Below, in pieces: positions 48,251 through 56,994 of a DNA stretch of 57,549 nt; the first letter of the stretch is position 1; every line of letters begins with the position of its first letter. The notes beneath the pieces are model-generated. The model saw nothing but the letters and a program-made list of their open reading frames with translations, was not told the DNA's origin and searched no databases. The DNA is taken from positions 1 to 57,549 of IMG/VR virus record IMGVR_UViG_3300043111_000061; one strand, 5' to 3'. This DNA is from a virus (Duplodnaviria > Caudoviricetes). A program made the translations under genes and the position numbers.

Positions 48251-50377
48251 TTACATTACTGATAAATATTCACGCAAATTATGTTGTGATTGTTTATAAT
48301 CAGATGATTTTGTATTGACGAAATTCTCTTTAGTAAAATTATCTTCAGATATTTCACTTGATATAGGTAAAGATATTTTGTCATCTACTTTTTTCTTTAA
48401 CTCTTCCAGTTTCTTAAACATAACTGTTCTAAGTAACTGAGAGTTAGTATTGTTCATCTTCTTCTCTATAATTCGTATCTGTTCTCTTATAAGTATTTGT
48501 TCATTTCGTTTACTATTATCTTGGCGATCTTTTTCTGTACCAACTTTACTTAGTATGAATTTACTATCTAATCCATAATAATGTAAATTTTTACCAGCAA
48601 ACAACAGATAGTTAGCTAAAAGATATGCGATTACCATATCGTCATGTCCACCTGTAGTATGGTCTATACGCCCATTCTTTATAACAAGGCCGGTTATCTC
48701 TTCTATTATAGTTTTGTCATAGATCTTGGTAGCGTTGAGTTGCATAGCTTTGGAGAAAACGGTATTATAGAGATATTTTCTACTATATTCGGATCCAGTG
48801 GTTCTAAATCCAAAATATTTCCTATATCTATCAACTGTATGACGATAGTTATTTATATCTACTCCTGAAAATTCTTTATCGTTTCTGTTCTGTATTACAG
48901 AGTTATATATGCGTTTAAACGGATTAACTCCGGCTTTCTGTAGTCTTAGTAATATAAGATCTATTATACTTCCTGCAAAGTTACGTTCTGGTATAAAGGT
49001 TATAGTCGGATATTCGATAAGTAGGTCAGCTACATAATTAGCCAATTTAATAGTATTAGTTTCATTACACCTACATGTAGCTATTACAGACAAATCTCTA
49101 GCATCTAATAAGACTATGGTTGTAAAGTCTCTGCCTATATTTTCGGAACTATCCATACCTAATACCATAGGAACATTTTTATAATGTCCAGATTTTACTA
49201 AATGGCGATCGACATACCAGTTAAATATATAACCACCTTTAAATTCAACATATAGTGGTTCTTTTTTATTGTCTTTTAACGTAGTAAGAGTCTTCTGATC
49301 TAGTATACTTTGTCTAGTACCATGTTTCCAAACGTTGAAGTATTCACGCTCGATTTCATCTTGTGTACCACCTTTTCTTTCTTTTCTGTCCAAGAACCAT
49401 TCCATAGTGTACCCAAGTTGAAGGAAACTGAACTCGGTATAGACCATACGGTTTTTAGAACCATATTTTACCAACTCTTCTAACTCATTCAAATCCTTAC
49501 AATCGTACATTTTTTCTCTGAACGGTAGAGCTTTATTTAACATCTCATAAGCATATCTACCTTCTTGTGTATCTAATCGTCCAGCGGTTGTAGTTATTAC
49601 GTTACTACAAGGCTGGTTATTCTTTCTAGCATCGGCGGCTGCTCTACTTGTACAGTCGAATGCTACTGGATAAGTTATATAGTTTTTATATGCCATAGCG
49701 AACTCATCGTGATGCTGAGATGGAGAAGTCATACCTCGTCCTAAGTTATCAGCAGCTACCAAACTTTTACTATAGGCATATGTTTTATAAGTGTTCTTAA
49801 ATGGGCTATATTCTATTTCCTGAATATTGTCTTTATCTGATTTGACTACACTAACTAAATAACTCGGTAAACTATCTCTAAATTCTTTTAGTCTAGCAAC
49901 GTTCTCGTTTCTTAATTTATTAGACATAGTCAACATAGATAGTTCTATATTCTTACCACATATAAACATGATGTGACTAAAAATACCGATAGTCGCAATA
50001 GTCTTACCAGTCTGTCTAGGACATACTTGAAATACGTCGATATGGTTATAATAAAGCCATATCATCGCACAGTTAGCCCTATTGATAATGTAAGGTACGG
50101 GATCTCCACCAGAAGCCGGTACTTTCAATATTTCTCTAAAATAATACCATGGGTTTCTTTTAGCTTCTAATGCTATTCGTTTTTTCTGATCACTCGTTAG
50201 TGTTTTAGAATAAGGGTCTACTCCTATCAATGATTTATCATAAATAGTGAGATGAAATTTGTTATTCTGTATGCCCATTCTTTTAAATACGATAGCCAAT
50301 TTGATAAAGCTATCGTTTTTAGTAGACGTGTCTATATATACATTTCTTTTCTTATAATCACTTAAAAAAGATATCAT
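48251..50377 (-). CDS. terL: Terminase large subunit (phiKZ gp025-like)
   Basis: TKNDSF, NPWYYFREI, PRQTGKT Walker A, GRGMT, HHDEFA Walker B, TTTAG, LGMDSSE nuclease, IPERN, RIDH..GGHDDMVIA. Confidence 0.95.
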   Translation of the reverse strand: MISFLSDYKKRNVYIDTSTKNDSFIKLAIVFKRMGIQNNKFHLTIYDKSLIGVDPYSKTLTSDQKKRIALEAKRNPWYYFREILKVPASGGDPVPYIINRANCAMIWLYYNHIDVFQVCPRQTGKTIATIGIFSHIMFICGKNIELSMLTMSNKLRNENVARLKEFRDSLPSYLVSVVKSDKDNIQEIEYSPFKNTYKTYAYSKSLVAADNLGRGMTSPSQHHDEFAMAYKNYITYPVAFDCTSRAAADARKNNQPCSNVITTTAGRLDTQEGRYAYEMLNKALPFREKMYDCKDLNELEELVKYGSKNRMVYTEFSFLQLGYTMEWFLDRKERKGGTQDEIEREYFNVWKHGTRQSILDQKTLTTLKDNKKEPLYVEFKGGYIFNWYVDRHLVKSGHYKNVPMVLGMDSSENIGRDFTTIVLLDARDLSVIATCRCNETNTIKLANYVADLLIEYPTITFIPERNFAGSIIDLILLRLQKAGVNPFKRIYNSVIQNRNDKEFSGVDINNYRHTVDRYRKYFGFRTTGSEYSRKYLYNTVFSKAMQLNATKIYDKTIIEEITGLVIKNGRIDHTTGGHDDMVIAYLLANYLLFAGKNLHYYGLDSKFILSKVGTEKDRQDNSKRNEQILIREQIRIIEKKMNNTNSQLLRTVMFKKLEELKKKVDDKISLPISSEISEDNFTKENFVNTKSSDYKQSQHNLREYLSVM

Positions 50378-50392
50378 ATTCTTAAACTCCTA

Positions 50393-50426
50393 TTAAGTGA
50401 GAGAGACATATGTCTCTCTCACTTAA
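50393..50426. terminator. Perfect 34-bp palindrome between the ClpP-like gene and terL
   Basis: TTAAGTGAGAGAGACATATGTCTCTCTCACTTAA. Confidence 0.6.
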
Positions 50427-50433
50427 GTAATCG

Positions 50434-51966
50434 CTATATCTGTATATTCATTCGTCTAGCCATTTCAGTGCCAGATATGGTTACTATCTTACCGCTATCG
50501 AATTCTTCTACCATATGATTATATTCATCCATAGTTAACCAACCTTTGTCTATAAAGTCCTTATACATTAACCAAGAAGCTTCTTTAGGTTGAAGACCAT
50601 TTTCCCAAGGAGAATAATCTCTACATGCCGTAAATTGAAACTGAGTATATTTGGAGAACCGTATATCCTTACAATTAAGATGTACAATACTAGCAACTGG
50701 TGGGATAATACCATGTGCCTGAGCGATTGTATGGTTTGGTATATGCTTTAATTTATTTATAAACCAAGTCATATCGCTCAATCTTGGTAGAGCCCAATCT
50801 GAAAAAAGATTGTGGAATGTAAAGACATTGATGACGTCATTGGGGTCCAAACTATCTAAATAATTAGATAGATTGTTGTCGTAGGTAAATATACCTAAAT
50901 CATCCGCCGCAACAAACAAATACTTATTATTTTCATAAGTCTTAATAGCTATAGGAATACACTCAAATAACATACTGTTCAGCTGATTGGGATTAAGACT
51001 ATTGAGAGAAATCTGTTGATCTATTCCGCTCATATTGGATTTTTTATTGAAGGCATTTGGATATTTTTTTCTAATAAGCTGAGCCCGTTGTTCCATGTTG
51101 TTTTTATCTATACCAGTCATCTGAGGTTTTATATCAGATAATTTAAAAAAGGATTCTGTCCCTAGCTTATTACCCAATTTATCATAATCTACATCATCTG
51201 TTTCTAATATAGACACGATATCTACAATACTCATATCAGGAAAAAATGATTCTAAACCACTACTTGTATCTGATGAACTATTTGCTAATCTCTGTTTCAT
51301 TTCTTCTGCTTGGACTATAACAGTTTTATTCTTAAAGAGTATATCGTTGTATTCTTCTTCTGTTATATGTCCTTTAACTAAACTAACTTTAAGTAAATAT
51401 TCTCCGACATATTTAATTAAGTTTTTAGCTCGTTCTTCTATATTAGTACTAAAACCTGTATCACCATGTGCTGCCATGTGGAATAGAAATTCCGTATTAT
51501 CGTGAACGATTTGCTCATGTCCTAATGACCATATAAAAGCAGCGATCGAAGCAGCGTCTCCGATATTGATAGTAGTTATTTTTGCTTTAGTTGTACACAT
51601 TATAGAGGCAATAATACTACCGATCTCTATCATTCCACCAGGACTATTAATATATATGTCTACAGTATCACCATCTTTCGCATTAAGAAGAACTTCTATA
51701 AGAGGAAAGTATTCCATCTTAGAGTTAATAGGAACACATCCTTGTAAATTAAACGTATAGTGTGTTCCTGTTTCTCCTTGACGTTTAGTAGCATATAGTG
51801 GTGGATATTTATATATGCCTTTATCGATACTATATGGGCTAGGTGCCTGTGGTAAATTGTCGTCTGAAGTATTTTCTGATATAGTTCCAGTATCTTCAGC
51901 ATCACTCATTTTTGTAGAATCCGTTGATGTATCTATATCTAATAAAAAATCTAATTCATTATTCAT
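50434..51966 (-). CDS. Tandem ClpP-fold protein (active domain + pseudo-protease domain)
   Basis: Domain 1: DIYINSPGG, GDAAS(140)IAAFI, FLFH(163). Domain 2 aligns to domain 1 but lacks the Ser and His. Confidence 0.8.
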   Translation of the reverse strand: MNNELDFLLDIDTSTDSTKMSDAEDTGTISENTSDDNLPQAPSPYSIDKGIYKYPPLYATKRQGETGTHYTFNLQGCVPINSKMEYFPLIEVLLNAKDGDTVDIYINSPGGMIEIGSIIASIMCTTKAKITTINIGDAASIAAFIWSLGHEQIVHDNTEFLFHMAAHGDTGFSTNIEERAKNLIKYVGEYLLKVSLVKGHITEEEYNDILFKNKTVIVQAEEMKQRLANSSSDTSSGLESFFPDMSIVDIVSILETDDVDYDKLGNKLGTESFFKLSDIKPQMTGIDKNNMEQRAQLIRKKYPNAFNKKSNMSGIDQQISLNSLNPNQLNSMLFECIPIAIKTYENNKYLFVAADDLGIFTYDNNLSNYLDSLDPNDVINVFTFHNLFSDWALPRLSDMTWFINKLKHIPNHTIAQAHGIIPPVASIVHLNCKDIRFSKYTQFQFTACRDYSPWENGLQPKEASWLMYKDFIDKGWLTMDEYNHMVEEFDSGKIVTISGTEMARRMNIQI

Positions 51967-51970
51967 TTAT

Positions 51971-52828
51971 TTATCCCCTTATTTTACCTAATACATTATG
52001 GTAGATACTGTTATTTTTACCAGTCTGATCTACATAAGTATTATCGTTAAGTTGAATTCCATATGTTTTCTGTTCATAAACCATTTCTTTTACACCAAAA
52101 ATTTTAAGTATCTCTAAATCTTTAACTTCTTCACAAGCTGCTACTAATTGTCCTGTTTCATTATCTCTAACATAATAATTATTAAGGTCTATATCTATAG
52201 ACTCAGTCCCGCCTATATAGTACTTACTTGCTTCTATATATCCGCCAGAATCAGCATTGTCGAATGTGACCATTTGTCCAATAGTACGGATCAATAGATC
52301 CGATTTAGGATCATATCTTTCGCTACAAGCAGCCCTTAATGAAGCAGCGTAGCCCATGTTCGGATCATTTAGTTTTTCTTCTGTATATTGTCCATATGGG
52401 CCATGTGGTTTCATATCTGCTCTAACTATTCTACCGCCAGTTTCTAATTTTTCGGCAAGATAAATTTTACGAAAATAAGTAGATACTAAAGTCTGATCTA
52501 TCTTGAATAATCGTTTTAGATCGTTGGGTCCTAATTTGCCTACAGGAAGATCAGGATGCTGAACTTCCCCATTTAAACCTCCCATAGTCAATTTCCTATG
52601 GAATGGGTCTTGGTTAAGTGACTTAATGAAACTTTCTGGTTCATAAAAAGCTCTATTATCAGACGGTATGCCGATTACTGCAATCGGTACGCCATTATAA
52701 TAACCATCGCTATCTGGCTTAATAGACCTAAGAGATCTTCCTCTAAAGCTTTTAAAAGTTTCTATTACAAAACTATATTTATCTACATCGCTATTTGGTA
52801 GTTTTAAAACATTATTAGGCATCGTCAT
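51971..52828 (-). CDS. Head maturation (prohead) serine protease, phiKZ gp175-like
   Basis: PDSDGYY, N.AFY, GEVQHP (cf. GExxHP of T4 gp21-type proteases), KPHGPYG, ASLR, VTFD; possible autocleavage site GGTE-S near the C-end. Confidence 0.75.
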   Translation of the reverse strand: MTMPNNVLKLPNSDVDKYSFVIETFKSFRGRSLRSIKPDSDGYYNGVPIAVIGIPSDNRAFYEPESFIKSLNQDPFHRKLTMGGLNGEVQHPDLPVGKLGPNDLKRLFKIDQTLVSTYFRKIYLAEKLETGGRIVRADMKPHGPYGQYTEEKLNDPNMGYAASLRAACSERYDPKSDLLIRTIGQMVTFDNADSGGYIEASKYYIGGTESIDIDLNNYYVRDNETGQLVAACEEVKDLEILKIFGVKEMVYEQKTYGIQLNDNTYVDQTGKNNSIYHNVLGKIRG

Positions 52829-52842
52829 TTCTTTATCCTTTC

Positions 52843-53547
52843 TTACATCCTGAGCATATTTTCAATTTCATAATTACTATCATTGGGTGGTTCATGTACT
52901 AATGAACTAATTAAACCGTCATTAAAATATGGTCCTAGCAATTTAGCAGTAGTACTTTCTGTCGCATGACTCACGGATCTAAGCATTAGTAATTTAGGTG
53001 GTTTTTTCTTATTAGTATGTCTATAAAATACCGTAACATCGTCGGGATCCCTCGCTAAATGAGCTATCATAAATTCATAAACTATACGATTTACATTTAG
53101 ATTCATACCAGTATCTACTTTAGCTCTTTCCAATATAGTACATGCTGTATCGTAATCTATGAAATAAGGCCATTTTCCATAAGTCATAAATTCCATAAAG
53201 ATAGCATAAGTGATACTGCTATTTTTAATAACTTTAGTATTATTAAACAATACATCGCCTTTAGATAATTCAACTTTAATGTAGTTGATATTGTCTATTA
53301 TTTCTTCAGTATATTCTTTAGTTGGTATTTCGTACATACCCAATAATTTAAGACCACAAGTATATTTGCCATCTATCTCTATACCAAGAACAGCTAAAGT
53401 ATGTATACTGTCCTGTATATCTAACAAACCATATACTTCATATCTCTTGGGTATATGTACTATAAGTTCTTTACCTCCAGTAAATATTACCTTATCTTTA
53501 GTAATAGTAAAGAACTTATTAAGATCTTTTATTTTCTCCATATACAA
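52843..53547 (-). CDS. Conserved phiKZ-like protein adjacent to head protease (234 aa)
   Basis: HIPKRY, FMTYGKWPYFIDY, ARDPDD...FYR, STTAKLLGPYFNDGL..L, IENMLR. Confidence 0.6.
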   Translation of the reverse strand: MYMEKIKDLNKFFTITKDKVIFTGGKELIVHIPKRYEVYGLLDIQDSIHTLAVLGIEIDGKYTCGLKLLGMYEIPTKEYTEEIIDNINYIKVELSKGDVLFNNTKVIKNSSITYAIFMEFMTYGKWPYFIDYDTACTILERAKVDTGMNLNVNRIVYEFMIAHLARDPDDVTVFYRHTNKKKPPKLLMLRSVSHATESTTAKLLGPYFNDGLISSLVHEPPNDSNYEIENMLRM

Positions 53548-53643
53548 ATTACCTCTTATTAATTATTTGATTATAAAATACTTGGTATCATTGATAAAAT
53601 ATAGTGTATTCTATATAACTTATTATAAACTTAATCTACTGAG

Positions 53644-53985
53644 GTGAAATTTATGTTTTTCGAAGAAATGGTATTTAATCAAAAAGGTGTGCTCATATTC
53701 TTTATCGTATTGTTTATTGCTATATTGTTTCTTATATATTCCGATATAGTGTTGTCGAATAAAAATACCAAATTACAAGAAGAAGTCATGTCTCTAAAAG
53801 AAGAAAATGATGATCTTAAAATAGAGATAAATGACAAAGATCTTCTTATAGAACGTTATAGTACCATATTCCATAAGATAGAAGAAGACATAGCTGAACT
53901 ATCTTTAACCATAGCTACTATAAAAAAATATAATCGAGATGTACTTAAAGACAAAAAAGAAAATATATCTCCAGGAGAAAAGTAG
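53644..53985 (+). CDS. Single-TM coiled-coil protein
   Basis: N-terminal hydrophobic helix followed by heptad coiled coil; likely start ATG 53653 after GAGGTG. Confidence 0.7.
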   Translation: MKFMFFEEMVFNQKGVLIFFIVLFIAILFLIYSDIVLSNKNTKLQEEVMSLKEENDDLKIEINDKDLLIERYSTIFHKIEEDIAELSLTIATIKKYNRDVLKDKKENISPGEK

Positions 53986-54019
53986 TATATAGGGGTGGGA
54001 ATACCCACCCCTATATACT
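53984..54019. terminator. Bidirectional hairpin
   Basis: AGTATATAGGGGTGGG-AATA-CCCACCCCTATATACT exactly fills the gap between convergent stops. Confidence 0.75.
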
Positions 54020-54586
54020 CTACATTGCTCTATTCTGTCTATGTGTTCTTACAAACAGATCTAGTCTATTTATATCCATTAGACCAAGATCTATTAATAC
54101 AGCTACTATATTTTTCAGCTTTCTACAAGCTATTATAACGTCCTCTTTAATGTCATGGATATTAAGGACAAGTCTTTTGTCGTTTTTACAATAGTACAAC
54201 TTGAACTTTAGTGGATAAGCTAGTTCTTGTTTAGAACTAACCCATTTATCCATGACAAGATGTATATCCTGTGAGTAAAATCTAAGTATACCCAATATGG
54301 AAGCCATATTGAAATCATTATCTATACCTAATGCATCGTATACATCCTGATGTAGATCATATCCGTTTCTGAGTAATAAAGATATCGCTTCACTTGGACT
54401 TGAAAAAAGTGTCTGAGTCTCATTTGTCTTATCGTAAAGGATGCCCTTTTTCTCATTCCACACTAATTTGAAATTGTTTTTAAGGGTTAAGTTTTTCTTA
54501 AGCATCCCTTCTTTGGAATTAGGGTCATCTCTAAGACTTGTTAGTCTATAAACCTTATTGATTTGAGGTCCTCTTACATCGTCCAT
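54020..54586 (-). CDS. Hypothetical protein (188 aa), weak paralogue of 55628..56158
   Basis: AAGGAG RBS; LLLRNGYDLHQDVYDALGID versus YLLLNGFELKREILEGMGLD. Confidence 0.7.
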   Translation of the reverse strand: MDDVRGPQINKVYRLTSLRDDPNSKEGMLKKNLTLKNNFKLVWNEKKGILYDKTNETQTLFSSPSEAISLLLRNGYDLHQDVYDALGIDNDFNMASILGILRFYSQDIHLVMDKWVSSKQELAYPLKFKLYYCKNDKRLVLNIHDIKEDVIIACRKLKNIVAVLIDLGLMDINRLDLFVRTHRQNRAM

Positions 54587-54614
54587 GTATTCGTGCTCTC
54601 CTTTTTAATATAGT

Positions 54615-55238
54615 TTATTTGTCTTCTATTCGATTTAACCAAGTAAAGATAGTCCTATATGTAGTTAAATCAATTAAATTATTAGCACATTTCCAAATCA
54701 TATTATCTCTATGCCTATCGTCTTTCAACGTATATAGAAATCTCTTGATATTTAATATAAGATGTGTTCCATCCAATATTTTGGTATTCTTATTTGATCT
54801 AGCTTTCTCCATACATGTTATTAGAGTATGGGTTCTATATTCAAGTAAAGATAATAATAGGTCATATCGTTTTCTATACTTAGTCTTATGTCTGACTACC
54901 GATCTGTTACTACTCATATTGGCTAAAGGATATTTAGTAAGATCTACAGATAAATGGCCCCATCCATTCGTAGGTAAACTACCTAATAGGGGTTTATCTG
55001 AAAAGAATACATCTCTGATATAACCACCCTCTATATGTTCCTTTAAAGCTAATATAACTTCCTTATACCCATCAGCTATATCGTCCCTACATTCCCATAT
55101 AATAGATACTAGGCTACCTTCCTGATCTACCCTAACTAACCCTCCGTATTTCTCTAAGAACTTCATACAAGTATTACAATACCAAAGTAACTTTTTATCA
55201 AGGGGTAATTTAGATAAGAAAATATCTGGTAACTTCAA
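54615..55238 (-). CDS. Hypothetical protein (207 aa), start uncertain
   Basis: Long ORF with TTG start and no clear RBS; may join the 28-codon ORF at 55247..55333. Confidence 0.6.
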   Translation of the reverse strand: MKLPDIFLSKLPLDKKLLWYCNTCMKFLEKYGGLVRVDQEGSLVSIIWECRDDIADGYKEVILALKEHIEGGYIRDVFFSDKPLLGSLPTNGWGHLSVDLTKYPLANMSSNRSVVRHKTKYRKRYDLLLSLLEYRTHTLITCMEKARSNKNTKILDGTHLILNIKRFLYTLKDDRHRDNMIWKCANNLIDLTTYRTIFTWLNRIEDK

Positions 55239-55336
55239 ACCATCTACTATAAATAATGGTTCTCTATACCCATGATTATAAAATGGTTATTTATCGATTC
55301 TTCCATATACGTCCTCATATATGTATCTGTCATAAC

Positions 55337-55474
55337 TTATTTATCCTTTTGTTTTAATATTTCTATCATCTTTTCTAGACTCTTAACCTTATAATCTTTT
55401 TCTATTATAGTAACTTGTTGTCTCATAATTTGTCCTATAAGTAAAACTACAATAAAAGATAAAAAGTAAAACAC
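55337..55474 (-). CDS. Unlisted small membrane protein, 45 aa (MFYFLSFIVVLLIGQIMRQQVTIIEKDYKVKSLEKMIEILKQKDK)
   Basis: AAAGGA RBS + GTG, TM segment then short coiled coil, just downstream of a TATATTAC core. Confidence 0.6.
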   Translation of the reverse strand: MFYFLSFIVVLLIGQIMRQQVTIIEKDYKVKSLEKMIEILKQKDK

Positions 55475-55495
55475 ATCTATGTCCTTTCTATTTAA

Positions 55496-55520
55496 AAGAT
55501 AAGGTAATATATCTTATCTT
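55496..55520 (-). promoter_or_regulatory. Promoter core enclosed in an 8-bp inverted repeat
   Basis: AAGATAAG-GTAATATAT-CTTATCTT. Confidence 0.5.
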
Positions 55521-55561
55521 ATTAAAGGCAAGGTATTCTGTCTATCTTAAGTAACAAGGTA

Positions 55562-55592
55562 AGGCCTGTATATACGTAGTATATACAGGCCT
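55562..55592. terminator. Hairpin (14-bp stem, GTA loop)
   Basis: AGGCCTGTATATAC-GTA-GTATATACAGGCCT downstream of 55628..56158. Confidence 0.6.
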
Positions 55593-55627
55593 GCCAGATC
55601 TACTATAAAATATTTATACTTTTATAA

Positions 55628-56158
55628 TTAAATATTTTTATTAAATTTCTCTTCGTATTTAAGTAGTAGACCAAGAAGTTTATTGATGTCATCTGTTGAT
55701 CCAAAATATTCAGCCCATTGTTCTTTGTTATGATAAAGAGATACCGACGTCTTATTAGTGTATGGTTCATTTACTATAGATAACAATATATCTTTAAATC
55801 CTGTTATTTGTACTTCCATACCTTTGCCTTTGATTCTTACAGCACTTTCATTACATCCGGCCATGCTAGTAGTTAACATAGCTGCATTATAAAGAAGATC
55901 TTTTTCAAGATCAAGTCCCATACCTTCAAGTATCTCTCTTTTAAGTTCAAACCCATTAAGAAGGAGATATGTGGTAAGCTCTTTACCTGTTTTAGGTTTT
56001 ACAGGAGCATTTGCCATTAATATTGTTATTTCATCTCCTATTATTTGACCAACTTCTATCTCTCCTTCTTCCTTTTCTTGAAAGAATAGAAACTTACCTT
56101 CTTCTTGTCTATAGTTCAACTCAAATAGTTCTAATACTGGAATAATGAATTCTTTCAT
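55628..56158 (-). CDS. Hypothetical early protein (176 aa)
   Basis: AAGGAG RBS; variant promoter at about 56296-56310. Confidence 0.75.
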   Translation of the reverse strand: MKEFIIPVLELFELNYRQEEGKFLFFQEKEEGEIEVGQIIGDEITILMANAPVKPKTGKELTTYLLLNGFELKREILEGMGLDLEKDLLYNAAMLTTSMAGCNESAVRIKGKGMEVQITGFKDILLSIVNEPYTNKTSVSLYHNKEQWAEYFGSTDDINKLLGLLLKYEEKFNKNI

Positions 56159-56331
56159 GTCTGACTCCTTTTAAGTTTTTATATGTCGTTATTTGTTTAA
56201 AATTACTACCGATATAAACGATAGTGATTCTATTGAAAACTATAAGAATAATTCTCACTCAGGTCATTACCTTAGGAAGAACTTTTATTCAAATAAATAA
56301 TATATATTTTATTGTGTTTTGAGAAAAAATA

Positions 56332-56355
56332 AAGAGGGAGTCCATGCTCCCTCTT
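56332..56355 (-). terminator. Hairpin terminator
   Basis: AAGAGGGAG-TCCATG-CTCCCTCTT, then TATTTTTT on minus. Confidence 0.7.
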
Positions 56356-56358
56356 CAA

Positions 56359-56919
56359 TTAAATGAACCTTCTCCAATTTGAGAATATAATTCTCATTGG
56401 AGAAGGAAAGTTTTTGATTATAACAAATAAGATAATTATTCTTGCAACTATCCTATTTATTTTACACTTAGAAGCGGCATATTCGTCCGCTTCTTTTTCT
56501 TTCATGGGGTCATCTAACATCCCCCCACCTACTAGATGACCCAACTGGAGATGCCCTGCTTCATGGGCTAATACTACCCTAGTCACGAGGCTACCCATGT
56601 TTATGTCTGGGCTCGCGACTAGGATGAATTTCCTGAATTCAGGGTCATGATATTCAGGATTGTGTATTGCTACCGCAGAGTCCTTTCCGCAGAAAGCTCC
56701 TATCCCAGCAAACTGTATATGACAATAGCTGTCATATACAACCGGTAGTCCATCGAAGTGACCGATTGTTTGGTCACTTCTTCCTAAATTATCATATATC
56801 AGACGGTCACTTTCGTCTGATAGATGATTATTCCACATAGGTACGATTACTAACTTGATAATCGTACCTACATTTATTCCTAATATAATCCCGCTTAAAA
56901 TAGCGATTAATGTTTCCAT
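56359..56919 (-). CDS. Membrane-anchored zincin metallopeptidase (M48/ImmA-IrrE-like)
   Basis: N-terminal TM; VLAHEAGHLQLGH (HExxH) and EKEADEYA (third ligand); hydrophobic C-terminus. Confidence 0.8.
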   Translation of the reverse strand: METLIAILSGIILGINVGTIIKLVIVPMWNNHLSDESDRLIYDNLGRSDQTIGHFDGLPVVYDSYCHIQFAGIGAFCGKDSAVAIHNPEYHDPEFRKFILVASPDINMGSLVTRVVLAHEAGHLQLGHLVGGGMLDDPMKEKEADEYAASKCKINRIVARIIILFVIIKNFPSPMRIIFSNWRRFI

Positions 56920-56962
56920 TATATGACTCCTTTAATTTATCATTGTTATTTAATATCAAGTC

Positions 56963-56994
56963 AGTAATATATATTTCAAATAAGATGAGATACA
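56963..56994 (-). promoter_or_regulatory. Early promoter with upstream element
   Basis: AGTAATATATATTTCAAATAAGATGAGATACA on +. Confidence 0.75.

Noticed and set aside
171-55023. Many short ORFs antisense to or nested in long genes (e.g. 7552..7836, 20901..21320, 34243..34671, 47863..48318)
   Set aside because: Shadow ORFs of real genes: Ser/Leu/Ile-rich, no RBS, no motifs.
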